Assembly (NCBI GenBank): GCA_964016885.1 | Contig: OZ024743.1 | Location: forward strand, 344,968,001 to 345,032,000 | DNA: 64,000 nt | Reading direction: 5' to 3' | Source: Eledone cirrhosa | Taxonomy: Eukaryota | Shown here: positions 50,635-63,719 of the stretch, one piece after another | Layout of the letters: each line of letters opens with the position of its first letter | Position numbering within the stretch: the stretch's first letter is position 1 | Program-made: the position numbers and the translations under genes | Notes under the pieces: model-generated | Databases searched by the model: none | What the model saw: only the letters and a program-made list of their open reading frames with translations | Told to the model about the DNA's origin: nothing

Positions 50635-51050
50635 GGTAAGGTTGCTTGGATGCGTCCATAGTCGGTATGCCGGTTGAGCACTCTATGCTCCTACGCAGCA
50701 GAGTATGATACTATGGAAAACGAAAAATGAGTGAGGCATCGGAACACAAATTTATTACGTATTACAAACATTTCTCCCGCGAACAGCTCGAGATGCGATC
50801 TATTTGTGGATCGAACCTGACACTGGATCCGCAAGTTCCGCAGATATGTCTAGTGATTTCAAAGCAAATCCGGGCAGAGTCCAGCAGAGAGAGGATTTGC
50901 TTCGAAATCACTAGACGTATCTGAGGAACTTGCGAATCCAGAGCCAGCATCGATCCACAAATAGATCGCATCTCGAGCTATTCGCCGGAGAAACATTTGT
51001 AATACATAATAAATTTGTGTTCCGATGCATCACTGATTCTTCGTTTTCTA
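50631..51050. mobile_element. PLE-like family H6: head-to-head inverted pair (~155-bp arms)
   Basis: 50716-50870 and 50893-51048 are imperfect reverse complements; each arm has a hammerhead core. Confidence 0.8.
50917..51005 (+). ncRNA. Type I hammerhead ribozyme (H6)
   Basis: gtat-CTGAGGA-a-cttgcgaat...attcgccgg-a-GAAA-CATTTG-TA/atac. The mirror copy at 50759-50847 has a mutated core (CTGCGGA). Confidence 0.65.
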
Positions 51051-51056
51051 TATTAT

Positions 51057-51094
<38 letters not shown>

Positions 51095-51147
51095 GCATAT
51101 ACACGCACGCACCACGCGTGCGCACACACACGCATACACATACACAT

Positions 51148-51187
<40 letters not shown>

Positions 51188-51351
51188 TGATTTCTCGTAT
51201 AGGCACAAGGCCAGTCATTTGGGGCAGGGGAAAGTCGAATAAATCTACCCCAGTACGTCACTGGTACTTTATTTTATCGAACCCGTAAGGATGAAAGACA
51301 AAGTTAACCTCACCGGGATTTGAACTCAAACCATACATGACCGTAACTCTA

Positions 51352-51352
<1 letters not shown>
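51188..51352 (-). mobile_element. SINE family A subfamily (longer tail), 5'-truncated
   Basis: GAGTTCAAATCCCGGTGAGG...AAGTACCAGT...TGGCCTTGTGCCTATACGAGAAATC. Confidence 0.8.
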
Positions 51353-51391
<39 letters not shown>

Positions 51392-51796
51392 TACATACAT
51401 ATCCATAGTCACACACAAATATACACGAATATTTACACACATTTACACAGGAATTTCAATAGAGATGGAATCCTGGTGTGTCTCTGAAGAGTCAAAATTG
51501 CCTTGGTCTATCACTATAACTATTTCATTCAGCTCAGCTCAGACTGTCGGATTTTACTCCTTCTTTACTTTCCAATATCTTCCACCCTTGCATAAGAAGG
51601 TGTCTCAATTTTGAAATGTCAATTCTAGTTAATTGTAAGTTAAATTTTGTTCCACTCGCTATAGCCTTCCGAATCTGACACCAAACAGTGAGTGTGTTCT
51701 GTTATTATTTCTGGAAATATTATTACAACAATATGATCCTCCCCAAGTGTAACAATATTTGTTTCGACACACGATTTCATATGAAAAACCTTGCAA

Positions 51797-51828
<32 letters not shown>

Positions 51829-51999
51829 ATGATGTTTATAAGTGATGTTTATTCACCCGGTAGTGGGATAGGAATGAGCTATAGCTTATATTTATATATG
51901 TATGTATGTGTGTGTGTGTGCATGTATGTAAAAGGAAAACAGAAATAATTAAAATAACAAAATAAACGGCACATTACATGGAATATAAATATATATATA

Positions 52000-52040
<41 letters not shown>

Positions 52041-52326
52041 TCATTATTTAACAATAGCACTAACATAATAGTATTTCATAATAAAGTTGTATAAGGAGGC
52101 ATATACGGAATGTTTATATATAATAAACATATATAAATTTTGCTATGAATATTTTAAGCTTTGATAATGTCAAACCCTTTCAGTCACCGTACGAGAGCGC
52201 CATAAACGTGTTTCTAAAATGTTCAACCGTCCAAAGTGATATTTATTCAATCGGTAGTGAGATAGGAATGAGCTATAGCTTATATACGTTTTGTGTATAT
52301 ATCATATACTCGTACACCTCTCCCTC

Positions 52327-52360
<34 letters not shown>

Positions 52361-52448
52361 TGTATGTATGTATGTGCGCATGAATGTATGCAGTATGCAT
52401 ATATATGAATACATGTACATACGTATATATATATATATTTATATATAG

Positions 52449-52767
<319 letters not shown>

Positions 52768-52784
52768 CATGTATATATATATAA

Positions 52785-52828
<44 letters not shown>

Positions 52829-52947
52829 TATATATATATAATATAGGTATACGTAAGTTTGCATACTATATATATATATTATATATATATTATATAATAT
52901 CTTTTGGAAAAGATATTATATATATATTATATAATATCTTTTCCATT

Positions 52948-52981
<34 letters not shown>

Positions 52982-52989
52982 ATATATAA

Positions 52990-53785
52990 ATGGAAAAGAA
53001 TGAAACGAAATTTCATTTCTCACTCTTAGTACAGCTGATACCTAAATATAAGTATTTATACGTACATACATATATGTGTACAGCTGTACAGTATTATGTA
53101 TATATATACATACATGCACACATATGTATATGTACGTATGGATTTACCGAACATTTATTATAATGTTCGGTTTGTTTGTAAACAAACAGCCCGAATTATG
53201 CCGTGCCGTACAGTGCTCGGCAACCATCGTCGTCCTTTTGTTTACAAACAAACCGAACATTATAATAAATGTTCGGTAAACCCATACGTACATATATATA
53301 TGTGTGCATGTATGTATATATATACATACTGTTGTACACATATATGTATGTACGTATAAATACTTATATTTAGGTATCAGCCGTACCTAAGAGTGAGAAA
53401 TGAAATTTCGTTTCATTCTTTTCCATTTATCGTTTTCGGTGCGCCCGGCCGACTAACTCACTTGATATGCAAATTAGGCTGTTCAGCCGTTAATATGCAT
53501 AAGGAAAGTATATACTTTCACACGTTCAGTCATCTGACAGAAAGGTATACGATGCTGACGATAGCTAATAAGCTTGAAACTAGTATATCGTTCCTGTGTC
53601 AGTGTTGAACAAAAGGGCGACGATGGTTGCCGAGCAATGTACGGTGTAATTCGTTTAGAAACAAACCGAACATTATAATAAATGTTCGGTAAACCCATAC
53701 GTACATATATTTATATATGTGTGCATGTATGTATATATACATACTACTGTACAGCTCTACACATATATGTATGTACGTATAAATA

Positions 53786-53790
<5 letters not shown>
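52990..53790. mobile_element. ORF-less PLE-derived family H5: inverted piece plus ~1.3 units of ~413 bp
   Basis: 52990-53190 is inverted versus 53238-53430; CCGAACATTATAATAAATGTTCGG recurs at 53253 and 53666; flanked by (TA)n. Confidence 0.8.
53549..53591 (+). ncRNA. Minimal type I hammerhead ribozyme (H5)
   Basis: acgatg-CTGACGA-t-agct-aata-agct-t-GAAA-CTAG-TA/tatcgt. Confidence 0.8.
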
Positions 53791-53819
<29 letters not shown>

Positions 53820-53821
<2 letters not shown>

Positions 53822-54245
53822 AAATGTAAATCTGAGTTTTTCGAATATTAATGATAATACTCAATTCGTTTGCAATAATGTAAACAATCTATTAAGCCAT
53901 GTCAGGAGAATGACCCCTAAATTCTTGCCCTTATGTCGGCATACAAGCAGAACACCAAATACTAACGTTTCTGGCTTATTACCCTTCATCAGTACCGCAT
54001 ACTGTTTCCCTGCCAATTGCCAGACATAGTGAAAATATATGATATTTTCTGGAAAATGCAGTGACTGATCGGCCTTGTTTGTATGCCAAGACAAGAGCAA
54101 GAATGACGAGGTCATTCTATTGACATATCTTAGGAGGCTGTTTGCATAATTGCAAACAAATGGAATATTATTATTAATATCCAAAATACTCAGATTTACG
54201 TTTTTTGTATTCAGCAACGTAGAGCGATAAAACTATTAGTTAGTT
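53820..54245. mobile_element. Diverged inverted pair of PLE-like 3' ends
   Basis: ~53822-53950 and ~54075-54205 are diverged reverse complements; hammerhead-like CTGATGA..GAAACGTT at 53960-53994 (minus). Confidence 0.55.
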
Positions 54246-54247
54246 AC

Positions 54248-54278
<31 letters not shown>

Positions 54279-54315
54279 GGGGGGGGTGTATGTGTGTGTG
54301 TGTGTGCGTGCATGC

Positions 54316-54406
<91 letters not shown>

Positions 54407-54644
54407 TGTGTGTGTGTGTATGTGTGCATGTGTGTGTGTCTGTGTTTGTGTGCGTGCGTGTGATTGTGTGTGATTGTATCTTTGCATTTGTGTGTGTTTG
54501 TCTGGTTTTATGACATCTCTTCTTGATTTGATATATTTGAAATAAAAAATTGCCTATATGTTGTTCATCTTTTATATCATTTTTGTTTTACTATTCCTCA
54601 TTCTTTGATTATACTATTATTCAATTTGTATTTTCATAAACGAA

Positions 54645-54706
54645 TATATATATATATATTATGTATATATATGTATATATATATATGTATATATATATTA
54701 TGTATA

Positions 54707-54783
<77 letters not shown>

Positions 54784-54791
54784 TATGTATA

Positions 54792-54822
<31 letters not shown>

Positions 54823-54836
54823 TATGTATATATATG

Positions 54837-54867
<31 letters not shown>

Positions 54868-54871
54868 TATG

Positions 54872-54926
<55 letters not shown>

Positions 54927-54927
54927 G

Positions 54928-54960
<33 letters not shown>

Positions 54961-54961
54961 G

Positions 54962-55048
<87 letters not shown>

Positions 55049-55110
55049 GTATATATATATTATGTATATATATATATGTATATATATTATAATTTATATA
55101 TATATATGAA
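54645..55110. repeat. Long degenerate (TA)n/(TATG) tract
   Basis: Directly visible. Confidence 0.95.
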
Positions 55111-55194
55111 CCAACAGTAACGTAAGGTTACAATCTACTACGATATACATACATATATACATATATATATATGTATATATATACATACATACAT

Positions 55195-55231
<37 letters not shown>

Positions 55232-56207
55232 CGTTTCCACTTGAAAAGAGGATTATATGTCTGAACAAATTTTATATTTTAAAAGACTAAAATTAAATAA
55301 TATAAATAAAAGAAAACTATTAATTCACATTGAAAAAGATAAATAGATACAGAATAAGAGAAAAAAAATAACTTTTGGAAGATAAAAAAATATTATTTTG
55401 TATTATGCTTCTCTGTATTTATTTTTTTAGTATTACTTATATTGTTATTGGTTATCCATTTATATATTTATTATATATTTTGCAAATAACGCACTTGTTG
55501 TTACAGAAGACTAGAAAAAAAAAAATGGCTGACAAAGTAAGTTATTCAGAAAGATGCTCCTTGGAGGATTCTAAATTATTTGAGTTTTCTCGTAAATTTC
55601 TCCTTTTGCTCTATCTCAAGACCGATGACTTTTGTCATAATTTAGTTATGGCGCATTAGTCGAGATTTCACGGTAAAGAGTGGGATGTGGGCCGATGAAA
55701 CTGAGGAAGAATGGCGTAGAAAGAATTGGAGAGACGTGGAGAGGAAGTAGGGTGTATTAGAAATGTGAAAGAGAAGACAGAATATGTAAGGGTAAAATAA
55801 AGATTTCTTACATCTGCCTACTCATATACACAGGCTCACATGCTTAGAAATAGAAACACGCTCACAGACAAATATGTATAAAATATACACACACATATTT
55901 TGGTGTGTGTAGATGGCTGGGGTCTTGTATATCTGCGAACATATATTTATGTATTGCGTTTGTATGTGGATATATGCAATATATATTGTGTGTAACAGGT
56001 GAGATAAGGTAAAGAAACACATTAATACTGAAATATATTGAATAGGAGTCACAGGAAGGATGGAAAAAGAGGTATATTAGAGAATAGAATAAAATAAAAC
56101 AGAAGATCTAGAGAGGAAAGAGAGACAGAGGAAGAAACGAAGAAAAATAGAAAGAAATATAAGATATTTGAAAGTGTTTGCTACGGAAGAAATAAAGTAT
56201 GTGAGTG

Positions 56208-56239
<32 letters not shown>

Positions 56240-56599
56240 ACACACATATAAAGTTCAAAATATAACGAGTTTTGGAAACAACAAGATAGGGGTGACTGAG
56301 TGATATAGGAAGATAGAGGATATAACTAGAATTAAAAAGGTAGATAAAATATGTTAGAAAATAGGCGAGACTTAGAAAGAAAGGGGCAGAGGGGGAAAGA
56401 GTGAAGACGGTAGATATTAGAGAAAGAAAGTAGACGAGATCACAAAAGAAAAGAACATTAAATGATGGTCTGTCGAGGGATGTTAAAATAATGAGACTGG
56501 CAAATTGGAGAGAATAATACAAACACAGGAAGGTATTTAAAGCGACAGATATATAGATAAAAAGGTAGACAGAATTATAAATAGATTATGTATATATAA

Positions 56600-57520
56600 A
56601 TGAGCACGTCTATTTAGAATGCGCCTGCATTTGAAAGTTTGAAAATTGAATTAGAAGCTTTCGCGGTATTTTGTCAACAGAAAATGGTCTAATAACAGGA
56701 TATGTAAGCCCCCATAAAGGAAAAACGGACATCAGCAAGCGTGGAAAAGGAACCGTGCTTATGTCCATTTTTTTTCTTTTGGGGGGTTTATATGTCCCCA
56801 ATCTAGACCAATCGAATACATGGATGTTATCCAGCCACATTGCTCAGGCAAGAATACAGAATTGAAAGTAGCGAGCTTGGCCTTTACACCTACCTCCCTT
56901 CTGATGACCGAATGCTGAATGTGGCGCATTACTGTACCAGCTCCTGCAATATGTGCTCAGAAAATCTTTCAAGTACATATTGGAGATCATATTTGGACGA
57001 GCTAAGTCCGCAAATTCCGGCCGACAGCTCTTACATCCACGAGTCTTAATACAATCCCCCTCCCAGGAGCCGATGTAAATCTTGTCGATGAAAATTTTGA
57101 ACAGGATAGGTTACAATACGCACCCTTGGTGAAGTCCGATACCCACATCGAATGGTTTCAAGTTATCACCATTTATCCGAATACATATAATAGGGCATTC
57201 ATATAGAGGCTTCAGAGCAACAAGAAGCTGTCCGTCGATGTCGTACTCTTCCAGAACCTTCCACAACACAACCCGCTGGACGCAGTAATATGCATTTTAG
57301 AGGTCTACAAACCAAACACAGACACCAAGGCAATACTAACATGAGTTCTCGAATACCTCTCGCTGTGTTGCTTCCGAGGCAAAAGGCACACACTTCATCA
57401 AATGGCATAGACTCGACGATATCCCTGAATCTCATTGCCAAACACTCAGCATAGACCTTATAATCAGAGCTTTCTCTCTTGTCTCCCTTTTTGATAATTT
57501 GAATAATCACTCCCAATTGC
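56600..57520 (-). pseudogene. Degenerate RTE-like LINE reverse transcriptase
   Basis: GVIIQIIKKGDKRESSDYKVYAECLAMR..IVES..DEVCAFCLGSNT (RT domain 0/1/2-like), multiple lesions. Confidence 0.65.
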
Positions 57521-57993
57521 TAATGCTTAGATGCCTTTCCAGAGATCCAAGCCATACGGCACATACAAGTCAGCCAGAAAATACTTTCTTTTATGTATAT
57601 ATATATATATATATGATGGCTGCCCCCTGGTTATAGAGTATGGCCATTGCACGAAACCCCCCTCCCCAAAAAAACCCCATAATAATAACAACAATAATAA
57701 TAACGAGAACAACAACAACAATAATAATAATAATAATAATGATTTCATTTATTGGCCACAAGGGCCGACATATAGGGGACAACACAATAGACAGGGACAG
57801 TGGGGGTTTACATAGAGATCGAGTAAGTATAAATAACAAAAAAACAAAATAACAATAAAAATACAACAATGAAAGTTCCCCAATAAGAGGGATCACCACC
57901 CAGGGTTGACTCAAGCACCCCACCAGTCCTGAGCCACCCGACGCTCCTAGGGCACCCGGGAAGGGCACCCCTCTCCTTCTCGAATTCACCAGC

Positions 57994-60900
57994 CTACAGG
58001 CGCATGATCAGAGTAGGCCCACTCACGCGGGCCATTCTCGCCACATTCACCCACCTTTCAGTAAATGTACTGGGGGGCAGCACTTCTCTCTCCACCCTCA
58101 CCTTCCTTTCCAAGTGAAACTTGAAGAAGTTGATGAGGGATTGGCCGAAGAGAAAAGTGTCTGTCTTCAGTCCTTTCAACCTGGTCCACCATGCAACCTC
58201 TTTCGCTACTGCCACCAGGCAGAGGAAAATTGCCTGCCCTTCCTGACCAAAAGAAGGCGGCGGGTCAATCTTCACTATGGACTCGGACGATAGCCGGATC
58301 CGTTCTACACGCGACAATAGCTGTTCGACATAACCCCACAAGTCAGCAATGCACGGACACTGGACGAGTGCGTGCAGAACGGTTTCGTCGCTCTGCGCGC
58401 ATCTCGGGCAGGTTCGTCTGACAGCACTTCCGTGCCTGTAGAGTTTATCCCGAACCGGCAGCGCCCCCCGGTAGCACTGCCAAGCGAGGGATTTCTGGAA
58501 GTTATCCATCGTCCCCGGCTCGAAAGTCCTCCGGAACATACTGGTCAGTTCTACTTCGTTGACGCCCAGAGCCTCTCCTAGTACGTCATCGCACTTGCCC
58601 TCCACTAATCCTCTATAGAAATCTTGAGTGGAAGTTCCACTGACCGCATTGCCCACCTTGCAGAGTGCAGTGAGCGCCTGGCAACATTCCAGATGCCAGT
58701 CGCCCAGTCTCGGTCTCTTCTTGACCCAGGACTGCAGCTCAGTCAAAGAGATGAGCTGCGGAAAGGCCCGTCTAACAAACGGCGACCACACCTGTTCACC
58801 GTTTAGGCAAAATATCTGGAGATGTCGCAGCCTCAGCGCATGTCTGCGCATCATTAGCCACGGCATGCCCAGCCCTCCACGAAGAGGGTGCTGGCAGCAG
58901 ATGGACCGCCTCACCAACGGGACCCGTCCCCTCCACAAAAATTTGAAAAGGAGCCGTTCCAAATTGGCGAGGCGTGGACGGGGGCAAGGCACGACGGTCA
59001 GGCGGTAGTAGATGACGGACGCGATGTACGCGTTCGCCACCTCCGCCCGCCCTTTCAGTGATAGCTTTCTCTCAGCCCATTTCTGGGTGAGGTTGGCTAT
59101 CCTGCTCGTCACCTCGTCCCAATTCTTATCCACCTGGAGGTCTGGTCCGAACCAAACCCCGAGCAACTTTACCGGTCCGTCTGTCCAGCGCCCAACGACG
59201 CTGTTGGACGGCATGGACTTGCCTCTCCAGGTGCCGAGCTGCAAGCCCACCGACTTTTCCGGGTTAAGTTTTGCTCCCGTCAACCTTTCATATTCCTCCA
59301 AATGGGTGCGGATCACCTCGATTTCCGAGGTGTCCGACACCATCACGGTGATGTCGTCCGCATAAGCGGACGCAGCCTTTCTACGTCCCGGTTCGAGCGG
59401 GATGCCCTGCAACAACTCCAGCTTCCGCAGTAGAGGCTCAAGAGTCAATACGTACAGAAGTGAGGAGAGAGGGCACCCTTGACGGACCGATCGAGAGATC
59501 TGAAACGGTTCCGAGAGGTGGCCATTAACTTTGACCACCGAGCGGATGCCGCTGTACATTGCAGCGATCCAGCTTCTGAAGACGGGGCCGAAGCCAGCCG
59601 CCTCGAGGACAGCCTCCAAGTACCGATGGTCGACCCTATCGAATGCTTTCGATTGATCTAAATTGATCAGAGCCCCACCGAAGCCAGGTTTGCACCCAAC
59701 CCTCTCTATGATGTATCGCATGAGGTGGAGGTTGTCGTGTATGGACCTGGTCGGGATTGCGCAAGTTTGCGCCTCCCCAACCAAATCCTCGACGACAAGC
59801 GCCAACCTTTTCGCTAACACCTTGGCCAAAATCTTAAACTCTGTGTTGAGCAGGGTTATGGGCCTGAAATTATCTAGTGTGTCCCTCTTGTTCTCGTCTT
59901 TCCTTATCAGCGTCACTACGCCACGGCTCACAGAACTGGGAATGCTCCCGTTCTGCTGTCAGTTGCAGTAGAGCGCTTCGAGGAGATCGGAGAACAAGTC
60001 TGGCATATTTACGTAAAGCTCGTAGGGCAGACCATCCAAACCGGGTGACTTGCGACTCGAGCAGCCGACAAGGGCGTCCTGAATTTCGGCTGATGTTATC
60101 GGCTCTTCGCAGCGCTCAGCGTCGGCCGTCGAGAGGCGTGGCAAGCCGTCGAGGTAGGGACTGAAGTCCGCCGCCGTCTCCGACTCACCCATCCTCCCGA
60201 ACAATCGAGCAAAGTGCTGGCGAAAGGCCTCACACATCTGCTTGGAATCGCTCAGTTCGTGTCCATCTCGATCCGTCAAAGACCCAATTGTGGTTTTATT
60301 TCCACGCTGCGTCTCTGCAAAGCGAGCCCATCGGGCAGCTTTGGTTCCCTCGTTCCTCAGAGCACGCGCCTTAGCTCTGACAATGCAACCTTCGTGTTTC
60401 GCATTGAAGAAATGGTCTAGTGCCATTCTCGCCGCTAGCACGTCTGTTGCAATGCCACTACAAATAGCCTCGTCTAACTTAGCTATCAGCCCCTCCTCCT
60501 TTCTATTTTTCTCTATTGCTACTTCTTTGCTAAATCCTATCGAGGTTGCTCTAATCTCTCTTTTGAGAGCCCCCCACCACCTGTTGTTGACAACCCCCCC
60601 CCCCCCCCTGTCAACTTTTGCTTAACTAAGTTGTTGACCCGGTCCCTGTAAGCTTTACGTGCCGGAAACGACATGTTTAGCTTCCAGTAGCTAGGTCCTA
60701 ACCTATGTGTCTTATCTAGGTCGACCATACAGATCACAAGCTTGTGATCTGAATAGGCAACCGTTTTAAAATGTGGACATCCTACACTATTTCTATCTCT
60801 TTTCCTAATGAAAATCCTATCTATGTACGATCTAGATGACCCTATGCGATTGGTCCAGGTCCATACTGGCGCATTAGGGAAATCTAGTCGGTACCTGTCA

Positions 60901-61421
60901 GACAGTTGAAACTGGCTGATCAGGTACTTGAGGCTTTTGCACCCCCCGCTCCTATCAGATACTCCCACACAATCCCAGCGTGCTTCTAAGATGCCATTCC
61001 AATCCCCTATTAACAGTAAAGGGCGAGACGTAAGCAGAAAGTTTTCCAGGCGCCTAAAGAAGTCCGGCCGACCGGCCCCAGTAGGGGCGTAGACGGCCAC
61101 CAGTCTAAAGGCACCACCTTCGCTATTGCTCACGTCCAGGACCACCAACTTTCCGTCAGGATCCCGGAAGATTGACCTTACCTCGAGATCCAGACATTTC
61201 CTAAACAGCACAGCCACTACACCTCCCATTCCCGGCCGACTAACAGATGCAAAGATCTGATAATCGTCGAAAATCGGCGCCAGTGCGCGTGTGTCGGAAA
61301 TTCTGGTCTCGCTGATGGCAATTACATCCATTCCTAGTGACCTGAGGTCGTTGAGCAAGTGACCTTGCTTCCAGGGCGACCCCAGGCCACGAACATTTAA
61401 ACTTCCTACTCTTATGGCCAT
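57994..61421 (-). pseudogene. ORF2: AP endonuclease, RT and C-terminal cysteine motif; one frameshift (G-run at 60595-60608) and one in-frame TGA (59959-59961)
   Basis: SLNVRGL, ISET, VYAP, GDWN, IDRIF, SDH (APE); KSPGLDG, NFRPITLLN, DQSKAFDRVDH, VRQGCPLS, AYADD (RT); CPRC..ETVLHALVQC. Confidence 0.93.
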
Positions 61422-61450
61422 GCTGGCAGGATGAATGGGAGAGGAAAGGT

Positions 61451-63360
61451 TTACTTACCTTCCGGGGTCTTGTGAAGGTCGGGTGGTTCGACCTCCATGG
61501 TTTGTGGGGTTTCTTTTGGGAACCCCTTTAATAGTCTTGACGTGGGTTTTACGTTCGGGGTTCCCACATCCCGAGGAAAGCTCTTTCGAATTTCTTTGTA
61601 TGAAGCGAGCGACATTCGCATCAGAAGCAAATTATCTGGTGCGCGAAATGTGCTCGCTTCAAATGTTTCCCCCTCTTTTTCGATGTTTGTGCTTCGTGCT
61701 ACATGGGCCATCAATTCCTTGTTGGCCCTTCTGGCAAGCACGAAGTTTTTAATGTTTTGTTGCTCGGGTTTTATTTGTTCGTGTGATTGTGGTGGTGATA
61801 GCTTTGTTAGTGTTGTTTCTATTGTGTCTGCGTTTGATGTGGGTGGGGTGTCTGTAGTTTCTGATGTTTGTGTGTCTATTTGTTCTTGTGTCTGTTTAGC
61901 TTGTTTGCGTTTGGGGGATTTTGGTGGTTGTGTTGGTGATGCTGTGGGGAAAATGTTTGTGTGGGTGGTGTGTGTATTTTTTTTGTGGGGGTGTTTGTGC
62001 TTTGTGGATTTCTTTTTTTTTTGTGTTTTGTTTTTTGTATTTTGGGGGACTTTGGTTTTCCCTCATCTTCACTGCTGGAGGATGAGGGGTCTGTGGCTCT
62101 GAGCGTGTTTGTGTCTGAGTGAGTGTTTATGTTCTTGTTCGTGTGTGTATTTTGGAGGGGAGGGGGAATGGGAGAGCTTTCCTCGTTTCCCCCCTGGGTG
62201 TGCAATTTTGGTGGTTCCATTGTTGACGGTGTTGCTGGTGGTCCTTGTCCCGGCGTCGCCAGCAGTGGAATCTTTCGACCCCTTGCGCTTTTCGGCAGTT
62301 GAGGGCAGAAGGCTCGCAAGTGTGTCGTTTCCCCACAAAGGAAACAATGCGGCCTTTTGCCCTCAGTCATTATATGCAACACCCTCCCGTTTTGGAGGCG
62401 GATGTGGTCCGGGATTGCTTTTACGTTTTCGGGTCTGATTTGGAGCAGTATCTCCAGATCAACCCCGGACCAGTCGTCCCTGGCAGTTCTCGTTGCCTCT
62501 ACCGGGACTGTATCCGTTCCTTCCACGATTACGCAACCCAGGAGCCACCACATATCAAGTCCTGGTGGAATCCTGGGAATGCGCACACGTGCTATTCGTT
62601 TTCCCATGTGGGAGGGGTACATTATGACCTTGCTGGTTTTGCAAGGGGTCATTGAATGCTTCACAGCGAGGGCTTCAGACTTGAACAGCACCGAAACGGT
62701 GCCGTATTGCCTGCCCCTCTCTATGAAGTCTGTGTCCTCTCTGATGTATTTCAGTGCGGCTTCTATATCAGCTTGGGCGATTATCGCTGCCCTCTTTGTC
62801 TCTACTGAGATGCATCTGAAATGCACCGTTCTTTTTTCCACTGCCTCAATGGCTTCTGCCGGGACAGTTAAGTTTGCCCAGGTCTGCTCTTGATTTATGA
62901 TTTTCCAGGCCTGGGCCAACTTTTCCTCTCTGCTGGTTAAGTCGATGCTGTAGCATGGTCTCCTTTTAGCCGCTGCCACAGCAGCGAAGGTGTTCTTGTT
63001 GGTGTTGTCACTGTTGTTGTTCTTGTTGGTGTTGCTGCTGCTATTGCTGTTGTTGTTCTCCCCTGTGTCGTGGTTACCCTCTGTGCTGTTGGCCTTGTTG
63101 GTGCTGTTGCTGTCGCTACTATTACTCTCTGTGCTGTTCGTTTTGTTGGTGCTCTCGCTATTACCACCTTCTGCGCTGTTCAGCTTGTTGGTGTTGGTGT
63201 TGTCACTGTTACCACCTTCCGCGCCGCTCGGCCCGTTGGTGCTGGCACTGTCGCTGCTCACACTCGTGCTGGTGGCGCTTCTCGCCTCACCTCTCCTCTC
63301 AACGCTCAAGTCGCCGTTGCACGACAGCAGACCCGTCTCTAGGGGGCGTGGCTCCGCCAT
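61451..63360 (-). CDS. ORF1 (gag-like, CCHC zinc knuckle), probably one frameshift near the A-run at ~62013-62022
   Basis: ATG at 63360 (MAEPRPLE), N/S/T-rich repeats, CFLCGETTHLRAFC. The annotated frame stops at 61876, but another frame continues to TAA at 61451, 29 nt before ORF2. Confidence 0.8.
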
Positions 63361-63571
63361 GTTTTTTTGAGAAAAAAAATTATTATTTTTTCCAAAATAA
63401 AGTTCAAATATTTGGGCCAAAAGGCCCAAATATTATAAGTTATTCCTTCACAGGATACAAATGAATGTCTTATAATGCTTCAGCGGTACAAAAAATAAAC
63501 AATTCTCTACAATTAATCCTCAAAAAATTGCTTACTCACGGAGCTTCAAAAAACGTACATCCACTTTCGTC

Positions 63572-63680
<109 letters not shown>

Positions 63681-63719
63681 CGCACACATAAACATATCTA
63701 CACACACACACGATAGCAA

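Larger units (their letters stand above)
57741..63571 (-). mobile_element. Near-full-length Tx1/L1-clade LINE, family B
   Basis: 5' UTR, ORF1 with CCHC knuckle, ORF2 APE-RT-Zn, 3' UTR, AATAAA (57748-57753); (ATT)n on both flanks; GC-rich relative to background. Confidence 0.93.

Noticed and set aside
59959-59961. Selenocysteine or read-through at the in-frame TGA (also the TGA at a Cys position near 63975)
   Set aside because: Single substitutions (TGG or TGY to TGA) in copies with other lesions are the simpler explanation; no SECIS seen.
58191-63370. Plus-strand ORFs overlapping the Tx1 element
   Set aside because: Antisense shadows of GC-rich LINE ORFs.
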